This document shows, in pieces, positions 13,540 to 28,088 of a DNA stretch of 64,000 nucleotides; the stretch's first letter is position 1, and the number at the start of each line of letters is the position of its first letter. Below the pieces are notes generated by a model, which saw nothing but the letters and a program-made list of their open reading frames with translations, searched no databases and was not told the DNA's origin. Source of the stretch: Eledone cirrhosa (Eukaryota); assembly GCA_964016885.1 (NCBI GenBank), contig OZ024750.1:2914001-2978000 (forward strand), written 5' to 3'. The position numbers and the translations under genes were made by a program.

Positions 13540-15059
13540 GCGTGTGTGAGTGTGTGTATGTGTGAGTGACAGAGTGTGTATGTGTGTGTGTGTAGCACCA
13601 ACAGGTCTACTAGTAACAGAAGTAGTGGTACTCGTTGCGAAGGCAAAGGACTTAATGAAGTCACACCGACACTAATAGCAACAGCTAAATGAAGACAGAT
13701 TTTTTCCTCCGATAAAATGAGGCAGAAATATTGTACATGTTGAAGAAGAAGCTGTTACTGCTGCTGCCGCCGCCGCTGTAATACAGCAGTCAATCCAACA
13801 TTTTCTAAGCAAGCATCAGTTCTAGCAGTAGGTAGATATAGTAATAACAAAAATAGAGAAGATAAATCTTTTTACATCATGTTTGCTTTCTGTGGATTAT
13901 TATGCAGTCAGATATTAGAATGAAGAGCAGAAGATAGGAAGTGGCAAAGGGGTGCATGTATGATGAGGATAAATGGACTGTGACAGTAAGGAAGGACACA
14001 TAGAGGTAGATAGAATGAAGGAAGGCACAGAACAGTGAGGTAAGTTTTAATTGATGAACAGATGAATGAAAGACTGCCTTCGGAGAGAGAGAGAGTTAGA
14101 GAGAGAGGGAGAGAGAGAGAGAGGGTGGTTTTTTTTTTATTATTATTTTTCTTTTACCAGCTCCTTACCGCTCTGGCTCTAGCCTCTCCCTTCTCCTCTT
14201 CTATAACACCCACAAGGGCTTGCCTAGCATTTGTTAGTATCAGCCTGCCAGTTTCCATACAGCTCTGTCCTCATATACTACCTAAGCTGATGAAAAATAG
14301 ACAGACAGCTTCATTGCACTATTTTCAAGAATACAAAATCTTAAGAAGCTGATTAATGAGTGTGTGTGTGTGTATATGTGAAGGAGTACATGTATATGTA
14401 AGTGTATGTGAGTGAGTCCACGTGTATGTGTGTGTGAATGAGTGCCGATGTGAATGAATGAGTGCGTGTATGTGTATGCATGTATGAGTGAGAGCATGTG
14501 TGCGTATATATACGCTAATGGTTGATGATGAAGTGAAACAAGGAAAAAAAAAAAAACCATACCCAACTAAAAGAATCATGTTTCATTGATTAGTTAGAGA
14601 TTAAGACAATGTTGATTATTAATCATAATGTACAGAACTGTAAAATCAAGTAACCAACTGTTAATTCCTATTCTACAGATGATGATGATGATAGTGACTA
14701 TAATAATAATAATAATAATAATGATGATGATGATGCTGTCTACTATAGGCACAAGGCCAGCAATTTGGGGCAGGGGAAAGTCGATTAAATTGACCCCAGT
14801 GCATTACTGGTACCTTATTTTATCGACCCTGTAAATAATAATAATAATAAATTTACATTCTGCTAATTACAAAATACATATCGAAAATACAATTTGGAAG
14901 GAAATTATTTTATCAACAATCACACTGAGAATTTTATAAGTGACCCCAACATTAAGAGACCCAGTTTCCCTGCCTTCCATACCAGAAAGAAAATTCCAGT
15001 GTTGTCCCAAAAAATAAAGCAGCAAAAAGAGTGTAAAAAAAGCCAAAACAAGTACGTAC

Positions 15060-15083
15060 TCTGTATATGTAAACAATCTTCAT
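15060..15083 (-). CDS. Candidate second alternative first coding exon (MKIVYIYR)
   Basis: ggagggaATGAAGATTGTTTACATATACAGA|gtacgt, phase 0, with unique sequence upstream. Confidence 0.3.
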
Positions 15084-15793
15084 TCCCTCCGTACTTTGTT
15101 TTCAGAGTTCAAAAGTGTGTTTGTAAATGAAAGTGATTTCAACTGAATGGCGTGTGACTTTGAATGGCTATTACTGCAGAGTGAACAATGTTATTGAGTA
15201 ATATTGGTCAGTTCTGATCATGCAGAAATAACCGACAGAAAAGTGATTTCATAAACTCAATATGTTTGATGTGGATCAATATTTGACCACTTACTTTAAT
15301 GTATCTATTACAAATATTTATTTCACTGGCACCTGGTTTAGATGAAATGATAAAATAACTGCGGTATGATTGAACTCGGAGCTCCAGGTCACTGGAGTTG
15401 ATCAGCATCAAACTGATTTTCATTCTATCATACAGAGTTGTTTATTTTAAAGTGCTTCTATTTATCTAAAAATCTTCCATTATAGTTTTGTCGAAGAACC
15501 TTTATTAAGCTATGTTCCAAAATTCAGTTTGATAATGAGAAAGTTAGCAAGGCACTCCATCATAGTTTTGTGCAAGAACCTTTGTTAAGCTATGTTCCAA
15601 ACACTAGTTTAATAATGAGAAAGTTAGCAGGGTGCAGAAGTTTGCATTGAAACAAAGTTGCTTTAGGTTCTCTATGAAACAATGTGGCACTTTGGGCAAA
15701 AGACTTCTACTCTAGTCATGAAAATGAATTTGGTAGTTGGAAACTGTACAGAAGCCCATTCTATATATGTAGATAAACACATACATATATACA

Positions 15794-15833
<40 letters not shown>

Positions 15834-15839
15834 ATTATA

Positions 15840-16330
15840 ACATCACCACTATCATCATTTAACATCTATTTTTCCATGCTTGCATGGGTTAGATGGGTCA
15901 TCCACATTATGAGACAAGTCTGGCCAGCTGACCACACCGTACCTTGCTCAAACGGAACTGTATTTTGGCTGGGATCTTTTTCAGCTGGATGCCCTTCCTA
16001 ACACCAACCACATTTATAGTATATATATATATACATATATATATATACACATATATATATACACTGCAAAGTGGTCGTGGAGGTGCCACGGCAAAAAGCA
16101 CCCAGCCCACACTGTAAAGTGGACGTGTAGGCGCCACGGAAAAAAAATACCCGGCACTCACTGTAAATGAGGTTGGTGTTAGGAAGGGCATCCAGCTGTA
16201 GAAATCAAGCCAGAATCAGTTCCCGTATGAGCAAGACATGGTCAGCCGACTGGACACTGCCCACAACAGGACAACCCGTCTAACCCATGCTAGCATCGAA
16301 GAACGGACATAAAACGGTGATGATGATGAT
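15840..16330. mobile_element. Two oppositely oriented RTE-tail SINE fragments around a (TA)n tract
   Basis: cagctggatgcccttcctaacaccaacc at about 15982 and its reverse complement at about 16171. Confidence 0.7.
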
Positions 16331-16904
16331 ATATACCCACACACATCTCTATTTGATGTGCAAAGATCAGTACCTTTCTTAAAAACACGTAGTAATGGTT
16401 GGCATCAGGAAAACGATCTGGCTGTAGAATACTGCTTCAAAACAAAAGTATTGTCCTACTACTTATGGCAGCAGGGAAAACAGAAATGTAATGATGATGA
16501 TGATCATCATGATCGTGATGATGGTTGGGATTGTTGATGGTGATGATATATACAGTGAGAGATCAATAGTAAAAGAAAACCAGGTTGATGGAAAGCCAAA
16601 GTTTGTAATTCCATTTCATTTTGCCACTCTAACATACAGCAGATGGATTATTTTGTAAGTTAGAACTGAATCAATAACAACTTTGTATTTATGAAGCACT
16701 TCAGAATAATAGACCAAGAATGAGTTTTTGTAATATAAACTCATCACATTTAAACATAAGGAGTTAGGGATGATATTTACAAGAGAGTTGATAATCTTGT
16801 AAAATTGAGAAGTTATATCAGATTGGATGAGAAGATGCTAACATAATGGCTATTGGGAATTTGTTATATAGACTAGAAACAGCATTTAGTAATCAGAAGA
16901 AGGG

Positions 16905-17185
16905 AGGTAGGCTTAAAAGCCAAACTCGCTATCTTTAAATCGGTATTCGTGCCAACCCTTACCTATGGTCAGGAATCTTGAGTAATGACCGAAAGAATAT
17001 GATTGCGAATACAAGTGGCCGAAATGGGGTTCCTCCAAAGGGTCTTTGGAGTAACATTACTTGATAGAGTGCGTAGCTTGGAGATCAGGTTGAGTGTCTA
17101 CTTCTCTGGATTGAGGGATCACAGTTCTGATATTATGGACATGTGGTTAGAATGTCTCAGGAAAGAATCCCTGGCAAGAGACTAT
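16905..17185 (+). pseudogene. RTE-clade LINE ORF fragment (post-RT region)
   Basis: KAKLAIFKSVFVPTLTYGQES*VMTERI*LRIQVAEMGFLQRVFGVTLLDRVRS...YYGHVVRM with stops and frameshifts. Confidence 0.85.
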
Positions 17186-18123
17186 ATTATTATTAATTCA
17201 GGTTAGGTTAGGTTATTGAAATATGGAAACATTTCCCCCCAAAAATGAAGGTGATTTTAAGAAATATTTAGAGTAACCCAGAAAATGGTGCCACAACATA
17301 GCTGCTGTCAAATGACTGAAGCCAGTCAAAAGTGTGTCTTGCACTATAGTAGTGAAATCTTTGATAACATGAAACAACAACATATTCAAATGTTGATGAT
17401 TGATGATATTGCCGATAAAAATGAACATATTTTTTATAGTACCTTCAATAGCAGGTCAATTAGATTGAACACTTATTAACTGACTTTAATTTCCCTATGG
17501 TAAATCACAAAAGATTAACATCTATCTATCATTTTTATTTCATTTTTTATCTTCCTCATTTAGGACCCAAACAGATAGAGATCTCACGTATCTTTCTCAA
17601 CATTAACAACTCTGTCTGTTTCTATACCATACTACAGAAGTACCAGAGCATCTGTTACAGTTTTACAACTGGGGGGGGGGGGGGGGGGGGGCTTAAGTAT
17701 ATATACTGTACATGATTATTATTGTTATTATTATTAGCTCATGCTTTTTTTTATCACCAATGGAAGACTAAGAAAGAAATTAAAAACATGATCATACTAA
17801 CATATTTAGAGTCAGTAGAAAATCAGTTTAGTAAAAAGCAAAGCTCAAGTATATTGAAACAAATTATTGGAGGGGATTAAACCCCGAAAGCCCCTTAGCA
17901 CCAAAAGGCTTGACCATAGACTATTTTTTAGAAAATTTATATATATATATATGTCTAATAAATTTTATTCGTCGCAACACTGATTCTCCGTGTTATTTTA
18001 ATAAATATTTGCTCTACGGTTCTTATATATTTGATATATATTTATCCTTATCAAGGATAAATATATATATTTGGATTTTAGTCTTCAAATTTATTATTAT
18101 TACTATATATATAGTGATGATGA

Positions 18124-18159
<36 letters not shown>

Positions 18160-19665
18160 CCCAAATAATTTCCTTTAAATTATTGAATTAAGGTGAATAC
18201 CAATATTATTTATTAACATACATTTTTAAAGTTTTTTTTAAAAGTAAACACTATTGTTCTTGTAATCTGTATTTCTTTCTTATTGAATAAAATATTTCAT
18301 CTTCACCACAGCTGAGTAAATAGTAAATAGACCTGAATTTAGAATTAAAAACAAAAACAAGAAAATAGAAGGAATTATAAATTGAATTTTATCCCTTGAA
18401 TATTAACTAGCATTGTAGGTAATAGCAATGAAACTCGAGTATTTAAAGATTTAGAACCGATTTTCTTAAAGAAAACATTTGAAAATTATTGTTAAAAAAA
18501 AAGGGTATATTCTTTTATATCTTAAAGAATTCAATGTTTTTACTTTTCAAAAACAGATACATCTGTTAAAAATCAATAGTTCCAAGCATATAACAAAAGC
18601 TTATTAACTTTGTAGGAGAGATTGAAGTATTTAACAAAAATAAAGAAATATTTACAAGTATTAAAAGCATTTACAGATCAGATTCTAGTATAAAAGATGA
18701 GGTAAATCTTCAGAAACTACAAATACTAATAATATTCTTGGGATATTAGGGTAGCCATGGTTTTTTTTGCTGAGATCTACTACTACTACTAATAATAATA
18801 AAGAATGAATATATCATTTATTCGAGTTGGGTCATGGAAATGTTTCAGAGAAACGAAGGGAATTTCAAGAAATGTTTAGAGGGATACTCCATTATCTGAA
18901 ACCACAACATTGCTGCAGTCTAATGATTAAAACCAGTAAAAAATAAAATAAAATAAAGGGTTGTCTAGTTATTTCCTGGATTAACTCCCTAATTTAAAGT
19001 AATATGTTTAAAAAAACATTGGAGTTTGTTGAGAACTAAGAAACAAACATTAAAGACTAACTAAATTGTGAAGTCAACCATACAAGGAAGTAAACTTAAT
19101 TATAATGTTTATTTAGATATTTTCACATGAGAAATAAAACCCCAAATCTATTTAAGTCCATCGCAAGCCTGGGGCTTCAGCAGGCCGCTGCTTATCCAAA
19201 TTTCTTCATCATTAAGTGACAGAGTACAAGGCTCCCTGTTGGACAGGAGGCCAGTCCATTGCAGGATTAACTTCAAGCTACTGCTGCTGGTACACATTTT
19301 CTCCTGAATATACTGGCACAATATGAAATAAAGTGTTTTGTTCAAGAACACAACATGTTACCTGGTCCAGGAATCGAACCCATGACACTATGATCATAAG
19401 TCCAACACCATAACCACTACACCATGTGATGAGTTATTTCAATAGACAACTCCTAATATTTGATGATAGCAAGTTGTATGCCTTAAATACCAAGCTGGGT
19501 ATTTACATATGTAGGCTAAGTTGATATATATATATATTACTAATTTGGTTAATATTTATAGAACATTCTGCTGCAGGAGCAACTGATCTATATATTACTG
19601 TCCACAAATTTCAGGACCATTCCTTACTTGATGCAAAATTAATGAATTAGCAAATATACACTCAT

Positions 19666-19765
<100 letters not shown>

Positions 19766-21894
19766 ATGAGTGAGTGTCTGTGTGTGTATGTGTATATATA
19801 TATATATATACACACACACAAAATGGTCAATAGGATTTGAGTCATGACAACCATTTACAGATAATGTGAATAATTAACAAGTTAAGTGTGGCAACTGGGT
19901 TTTCATGAGATAGATCAATGAATCCCTGAGGAATTTGTTTACAATCAACAATCTACAACAGACAAGTGATCAGTCATTATCTCTCCTATATAGACATTTT
20001 GTTTTTCCCTTTTTTTGCTGAAGAACACAACAAGTGACCCTGCCCAAGAATCGAACCCATGACATTATGATTGTAAGTCCAACTTCCCTACAACTAGGCC
20101 AAGCACCTTCATTTAATTTCATGCTGCTCCAGAATACTCAGCTAAAAATGAGTACTAGCAGTAGCTGGGGGTTTAACCCTGCGATGGACTGGCGGCCTGT
20201 CCAGGAGGGAGTCTTGTACTCTCAGTTGCTTCACACCATGGAAACCAGGATAAGCACTGGCCTGATGAGTCTCCAAAGTGGAAGGTAAATGAGTGGAGAC
20301 AATGTAAGGTCAAGAGAACTCTCTAGTCCTTCCAAGGACATATAGCCTCTCTATGTACAGGTTCCACAATAAAATGCATCCAGTATGCACTTTTACTCTT
20401 TTACCTGTTCCAGCCATCCAGCTGAGGCCATGCTGGGGCACTGTCTTTAGTCTATAAAGTGATTAATAATTGAAGAGAAACAAGGACATAACCTTTTCAG
20501 TGTTGATACCATGATAAAATACACACTGTAAAGTTGTTGGAAGAACATCCAGCCCCAGAGCGTATGAGCAAGATGTGGTTCCCCAACCCATCTAGGAGGG
20601 CAGTAAATCCCAATAAGAACCTACTCACCCATGACAACGCATCCATTGCCAGCATGGAAAGTAGATGTAAAATGGTAATAAGGATGTTGATGATGGTGAT
20701 GATGATGATGATGGTAATGATGATGATGATGTTGAAGATGATGACACTTCTGGACATAGTCGTTTATCAAACGGTCAGGTATGGTCCATTTAGAGATACA
20801 GAAATACCTGAATGAATATTTACAAGGTTGTAAAAGCTGTTTTCGTCACAAATCTGAATATACTTGCACTGAACCACTCATGGCTAATATCTGAACTTTT
20901 GTTCTTGGAATTCTGAATGAACAGAATTCCTTTGCAAAAGCAGATCTCTCTCTTGCAAAGAAAAGAGATAATCAATATGTACCATTCAGAACAATGATTT
21001 ATTCTGTGTATATAAGCTTAGATTCGACAAAGTCAACATCAGCTTTGAAAAAGCCACAAGAAATTAACTTCCAGCAGTTCCTTTCACTCTCCCTCTCTTT
21101 CTCTCTTATTTCCAATTTCAGATTGGTAATGGCAAAGAAGATGGGGCAGGGGGAGTGGCTATAAAGATACTAGTGTGTATTGGTATTGTTACATCAGAGA
21201 AATCATGAATAATTATTTCAAATTGACAGAAATAGTGAAAACTGTTGAATGTTCTAACATCGCTAGCCAATGAAATGAAATGAAATAAAATGAAATGAAG
21301 AAGAAAAAAAAAACGAAAAAACAAAACAAAAGAAGAAAGGTTTACTGTATCTGCAAAAAGTTTTTAAATTTCTAGCTTGGAGAACAGACCACAGTATACA
21401 TGTGTAAAGAACACATTAACAGCAGAAAAACACAGATTTAAAATCAATATGAATATTTATGTTAGCATGACTTTGGTTGCAACCATATAAACTCACTGAA
21501 TTTCCAATGGAATTTTAGACATGAGTGGAATAAAAGAAATAAAACCATAACTATAGTGAGAACCAAAATGATTCATGTAAACATTCAACTTTGATATAAA
21601 ATGTCTAAATTATTTATTTAAAATATGATTGTTATGATATTCTTGCAAAAGATTCCGATATAGTGACAGATATAAAATTCACCAAATATAAAAGAGTTAT
21701 GAGAGAAAGACAGAAAAGTTGCTAGTTAATCTTGGTTTTGGTAGTATATTATAATTTGACCTTTATCATACATTAAACAACACCTACATCTGGCTGCTTG
21801 AAAAAGATCTGTCACTGAACACAAATACAATAAAATATATTAAAATATCACCATTTTTCTTCAATATTTATTTGTGATTATTATTACAAAGGAG

Positions 21895-22225
21895 GGCGAT
21901 GGATTGGCAGTATCGGTAGAGGGTCGGACGCCATGCTTTGACGCATAGAGTTACGGCCCTTGTCATTCTGAGTTCAAATCCCGCCGAGGTTAACTTTGCC
22001 TTTCATCCTTACGGGGTCGATAAAATAAAGTACCAGTAATACACTGGGTAATTGCTGGCCTTGTGCCAAAAGTAGAAACAATTATTACAAAGGGTGGTGG
22101 CTTGACAGAATCGGTAGAGCATCGAGCAACAGGTTTTGCAGCACAGAGTTCACATTCTGAGTTCAAATCCTGCCAAGGTTAGCTTTGCCTTTCATCCTTA
22201 CGGAGGTCAATAAAGTACCAGTAAC
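21895..22225 (+). mobile_element. Two adjacent copies of a second tRNA-derived SINE family; others about 38060-38345, 39070-39300, 41670-41760, 55185-55335, 58660-58780
   Basis: tggcagtatcggtagag A-box-like, gagttcaaatcc B box, gcctttcatccttacggggtcgataaaataaagtaccag core (Nin-domain-like from memory). Confidence 0.78.
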
Positions 22226-24427
22226 AAATGATACTGTTGTTATTTAATATACATTGTTTCACTAAATGTTTCGGCCAAACACAAACATTAGTTTCCTTGG
22301 ACTCAGCTATTTTATAGACATCACCAAAGTAACAGATCTGTATGAGTATGATGTGGTCTTTGGACCTGACTTATCTTCATAGGGTAGAAAAAAAATTTGT
22401 AACGAGATTGACTGAAACAAATCGTTTGTTATACCTGGGGGATTGAAAAAAAAATTTTGTTATACTGAAAAATTTGTTATAATGGTATTCGTTATAAGGG
22501 AATTTTATCTGTATTAAATTTTAAAATCCTAATTTAAAAACTCTAAGACTATTAGTAACTATTGAATATTAGAAGTTCTTTTTTGTTACAAGAAAATAAC
22601 CATTCCCACAATTTCTTCAAGAATTGTAACTGTGGAAATACACAAATCATTGAGTATGTTTCCAATTTGTTTTATAATCATTTATTTTAAAAGTTTTGTG
22701 TAGAATATTTTCATTTCCCTAAAATATCAAATGTTGTTTGTTCTCAGCCAAGAAGAGATTTACTCCTTTTTGTTGCAGATAAGATAGTAAAACTTTTTAT
22801 TATTATTCCATCACTCTGAGGTCAACTTTGCCATTCATCTTTCTAGGGTCAATAAAATAAAGCACCAGTTAAGTACTGGAGTTGATTTAATTGACTTTTT
22901 TCTTCCCTTAAATTGTTGGGTTTGTGCCCAAGTTGGAAAGCCTTATTATTCTATCACTCATCTCCAATTAAAAAACAACACAAACAATAGAAAACCAAAC
23001 AAAACATAGAAAAACAACTTTTCTCTTAAAAAACAAACAACCGCATTTCCTAAGTTTAAATTCCTAGATTTAAACATTTTTTTTAGATCAGATTAAAATA
23101 TAGAGAAGAGTTATATGAAAGGAGTTAGATTTGAAGTTGCTCAGAATTGAAGTGACAGAAAGATATATTAGGGCTTTATATTCTCACATAGACTAGTTCC
23201 TTGAATGACAACCTACTTATGTGTATTACACAGTGGTGTGTATTCCTAAGAATCAAGGTAAGCATTCGCTTACCTTATAAAAATTAATGAGGAGGTACAT
23301 GAAACATGCTAAGATCAAGTGAGATATAACAGCTCAGGTTCAAGCTAAACAGAATGATAAATGAAAATAAAAGTAGGATATTTTTACATCTCTTCCTCTT
23401 CTATCTAACATTGATGCTCCTATTTAGCTCAGCATGACATATCAGACTAGAAACAAACAACCTGAAAGAATTTTGTAAATGGTTACAAAACTTAAGATAT
23501 AGGAATGCACTAAGACCAGATTCAAGAGAGAAAACAAACAAGAAACAAAAATACCTCGTTTAATGAAGAAACTACAATAAGATTTAAACCAAGGACAAAG
23601 TTAGAAATATTTAAAACAAGCTAACATAAAACATAAATAAAAGAAAATATCCAGAAAGAATATAATAGATGCCTCAGATTAATAGTTAAAAGTGAAGTAA
23701 ATGCTAAAAATAAGGTAACAGGAATTAACATTTTAGCTGCTCTAATTACGGGTAACAGTAGGATACTCACAACAACAAATTAACTGAATTAGTAATAGTT
23801 AATAGAAAAATTAGAAAAAATATGAAGACAATATTTTAGTACGCATACAACTCCAAATGTTATAGACGGAGCAGGAAGTACGCATACAACTCCAAATGTT
23901 ATAGACGGAGCAGGAAGTAGATTTATCAGCAACACAAAAAAGTAGAGGACTTTGGTAATTGAAAAGTTCTTATCACACATCTACTGTAGGAATACAATAG
24001 CATCGAGTAAAGAGGGAAAGAAAGCTGTCACAAATATCTAATAAACTTGAACAAAAGAGACTGTCTTGGAGGAAGCCAAAACATTTGAAAATGGAGGTTG
24101 AAGTGACAGATTAATTTGAAGAGGAGGAAGCATATATACGGTAAAAAAACAAAAACAAAAGAGTTAGACCACTTAGGAGAAAAATGAAAATGAAATTACA
24201 AAATGCTGTAGCAAACCAATATCACGTATGGCTTCTATACCACTATAAAGATTAACTGAAATATTTCAGGAATCATAGTTTGGTGCTTCAGATAATTTCT
24301 TTGTAACCATGTGGTTATAGGTTCAATCTCACTCTGTGACACCTTAGGCAAGTGTTATCTACAATATGAAGTGGAACTTAGTTGACAGAAACTGTGTGGA
24401 AGACATAGGTGTGTGGATGTGTGTGTG

Positions 24428-24480
<53 letters not shown>

Positions 24481-24486
<6 letters not shown>

Positions 24487-24640
24487 TAAAATAACAGATT
24501 AAAATTTAAGCAAAGAATCGCTGCTTTCACCCTTAACGGGATCTTCTGAAATTTGCTCTAGGGTTCTTATATATTTGATATATATTTATCCTTATCAAGC
24601 CCTCTTGGGATTTTAGTCTTCACATTTTTTATTATTACTA
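24481..24640. mobile_element. (TA)n-embedded short repeat family; relatives at about 17990-18105, 63007-63128 and, inverted, 63487-63646
   Basis: shared blocks ttaagcaaagaat, gctcta(g/c)ggttcttatatatttgatata, ggattttagtcttca; always flanked by (TA)n. Confidence 0.7.
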
Positions 24641-25933
24641 TATATATATATATATTATTAGGAAGGGCATCCAGCCATAGAAAACCCGCCAGACAGTCCT
24701 ATACGAGCAGGACAACCAATCTTGCCTCAGGTGGGAAAACTCCCGTCCAAATCCATGCAAGCGTGGAAGATGGATGTTAAACGATGATGATGATGATGAT
24801 TATTTATTTATGTTCATACACGGAACAATAGCACTGCTCAAGGTTTCAAGGTCCAAATTTGACCATACTTCCAGAAAAAAAGAGACATCAAACTCGAATT
24901 AGTACCTGAAGAATGGTCACTATTTTGATGTCTCTTGTTTTCTGGAGGTATGGTCAAATTTTCTTATTTTTTTAAAAAGGAGAAGTAAAGTGTGATTTGA
25001 GAAAGATTTAGATGCTACTTCTTGTAGGTTGAACAACAATCTAAAGGTTCCTTCTTTAGTTCATAAATATCAATATCTAGCATTTATTTTAGAAACAATG
25101 ACCAGATGAAAAGTAAACTCAATATGTAAAGCAATGTTGTCCAACATGGATTCCAGTATAATTCTAAAAGGGTTGCGAAGAAGACAAAAGCTTTTTACTT
25201 TTGAAATATTTGATGAAATGGAAAATATTAATAAATATATTTAACAATAGGTCATAGACATAAAGGCTACTAAAGAACATTTATTGGAAACATAAACTGA
25301 GGAATATCACACCACATTCCACACCCCACAAAAAAACCTCATAAGTGTTAAGTGTGTCCCATTAGAATATATTAAACAGAGTCAAAGAAGGATTATTGAT
25401 TTACTAAAATAGGTCACAAAATGGTACAAGGTTGGGAACTGCAAAAACAGGGATTATTGGAAAATTAAATAGAGACATTTTTCCTAACGTCTACTTTAAT
25501 AAACATTAAAAAACATTGTTATTCAATTTAAAATATACATATGGTATATATTTAAAAAAATATATATACATGTAATGTCATGTTTCTTTTTTAGTACAAA
25601 CACACTTCATATACTTATGAAAAAAGAATCGATAATTTTATTAAAAAAATAACTGAAAAATAACTGAAAAATACAAATAAAATTCCCCATCATTGTCATT
25701 AAAATAACAAATATCTCACATCTTCACTGGACTATTTATATGCTCTGAACTAGATCAATGGTTCACAAACTCTATTTTGTTGTGGGACCCTTATACCGTT
25801 TCCCAAAAATTCATAACTCATACCTATTTTTTATGAACAATCTCTTCCACACTAAATCTAAAAAAAATGTTTAGAGGGAAAATTTATTTGCATAAAAAAA
25901 AAAACACTTAAAATAAATTTTGATTAAATCCTA

Positions 25934-26169
25934 TTAACCCTTTTGTTACCAACCCAGCCCAAACTAGCTCTGATTCTATGACATAAAATCACTCATTTCA
26001 TAAGTTTCCAATTTATATTAAAACCTCCCAACATAATTTTATATAAAAACCTTTAACTTACTATTTTAGTAATGAAATAATTGATAATTTTAGTAAATCC
26101 TTCAAAATTCTTCATTAACTAATTGAAATAGAATGTATTTCATTAGAAATATGGTCATGAAAGGGTTAA
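25934..26169 (+). mobile_element. piggyBac-type MITE family B; copies 10137-10424, 36401-36639, partial about 54841-55025
   Basis: TTAA-CCCTTT...AAAGGG-TTAA termini with a different internal sequence from family A. Confidence 0.7.
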
Positions 26170-27288
26170 AAATTACTTTATCTAACAGATATTTCTTTGA
26201 GAACCCTAGGGTTCCTTGGAATCCCTCTATTTAGGTTACACTGGACTAGATTATATATAAGAGTACAACGATTGAAATCCATTGGAAAGCCATAAGTAGA
26301 TGACTTCATTCAGGTAATGTGTCATATAAGATGACATATTGTGACAGCATAATTGTTGATTTTTATGATGGAATCAAATGAAGAGAAGCGAAGAGAGAAA
26401 GTCACTTCATGAAAGATTACCATCTATGTTACAGTTTACAATGTAATAAAGTTTCGTGTATTGACATTTACAATAACTGAGAATATTTCAATGATGACGA
26501 TTATTGAAAGACTGTCAATAATGATGGTGGTAATGATAGAAAAATACCTAAAATATCTTTTCCAAGAAAAATGGTGATAAATAAAAAAAAGCATAAATAT
26601 AAATATATATATAATTGAAGAAAAATAAAATATTTATTATGGGGTGGGGGAGAAAAAAAGGCTATCAAGAAAAAAGTTGTCATGGATTAAAATGTTTAAA
26701 AAAAAAAAAGCTTTACTATTTCCAAAAATTATGAGTTAATTAATCTGATTATGTAACTTAACTAAACTTAGGAAATGTAATTAATTACTCAACAAGATTG
26801 TCAACTAATCACATTAAGATTACTTTCATTTTCTCTTCTGTAATGAATAAGAAGATACCATTTTACCATTTACTGATTTCTGACAGAACAGAAGAAATAA
26901 AAAAAAAAAGATTCCACTGCGCCAGTTTTACATGTAAAAACCAATGCTGCAGTAACATATTTAACACTTGTTTGACGACCACAACCACCACCAACTACAC
27001 CACCAACACCACCAAAAAAGAAAAGAAAGAAAGAGATGCAGACAGAAAGAAACTTAAATGTTCACCCAGACAAATTACTTTCATTTATTAATTTTTGTTA
27101 GAAAATAAAACACCAATATTCTTCCAAATTACTATTTTAGTGAATTTTTAAAAACATTTATTGCTTTCAACTTTTAAATATCCACATTCTTGTCTCTTGG
27201 AACTTCTGTTTATATTATTTATTATTATTATTACTATTTTTGTTAAACACAGACACACACATATATATATATACATCCACATATATAT

Positions 27289-27361
<73 letters not shown>

Positions 27362-27486
27362 TATTACTGTTTGGAATAAAAAAAATAATCACTTCATATT
27401 TCTTTAAATGCTTTGAAGTATATCAGACAATTGACTACAGAACATTCAAGAATAGTCAGAAGAAGAAAACAATGAAGAATATTTAA

Positions 27487-28088
27487 CAGTGGAACCTCAG
27501 TCTACGAACGCCTCTCATCACAAACAAATCAGTTCATGAACAAGTTTCCGAACATGAAATGCCTTAGTTCACGAACAGTGTCTCGAGTATTGAACACGGA
27601 AGCAGGCAACAGCGGCTGGCAACAAGCTTGGAGTATCGGCAAGAAAGCATCACTTGATGTGTACTTAGTTACTATGGTGATATCTATCTGTCTTTCGCAC
27701 ACAGTCTCTCTCTCTTTCACTGTATTTCTCTCTCAACATTTCATATGTGTGTGTGACAGCTCACACCTATGAAGGTTTAGCTGGCCTCCTCCAAGGTATA
27801 TCTCGTTGGAGGTGACTTTGGTGATTTAATGATATGGACCCCAGTCCTATCATCTCATTTCTACAGCTGAGTAAACTGGAGCAATGTGAAATAAAGTGTC
27901 TTGCTCAAGGAAACAACACATCAACCGGACTGAGAATTGAACTCACAACCTTTCGATTGCAAGCCCAATGCTCTAACCACTAAGCCATGAACCTTCACAT
28001 ATGGGGGAAAATAGTTTAGGTTTACGAACATTTCGGGTGACGAACGGCCTTAAAAAACAAACTAAGTTTGTGAACTGAGGTTCCCCTG
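27487..28088. mobile_element. Tigger/pogo-like MITE with nested SINE (about 27840-27998, minus)
   Basis: CAGTGGAACCTCAG ... CTGAGGTTCCCCTG terminal inverted repeats. Confidence 0.7.

Noticed and set aside
23838-23919. 39-bp direct duplication
   Set aside because: Simple two-copy tandem duplication with no splice, coding or structural consequence visible
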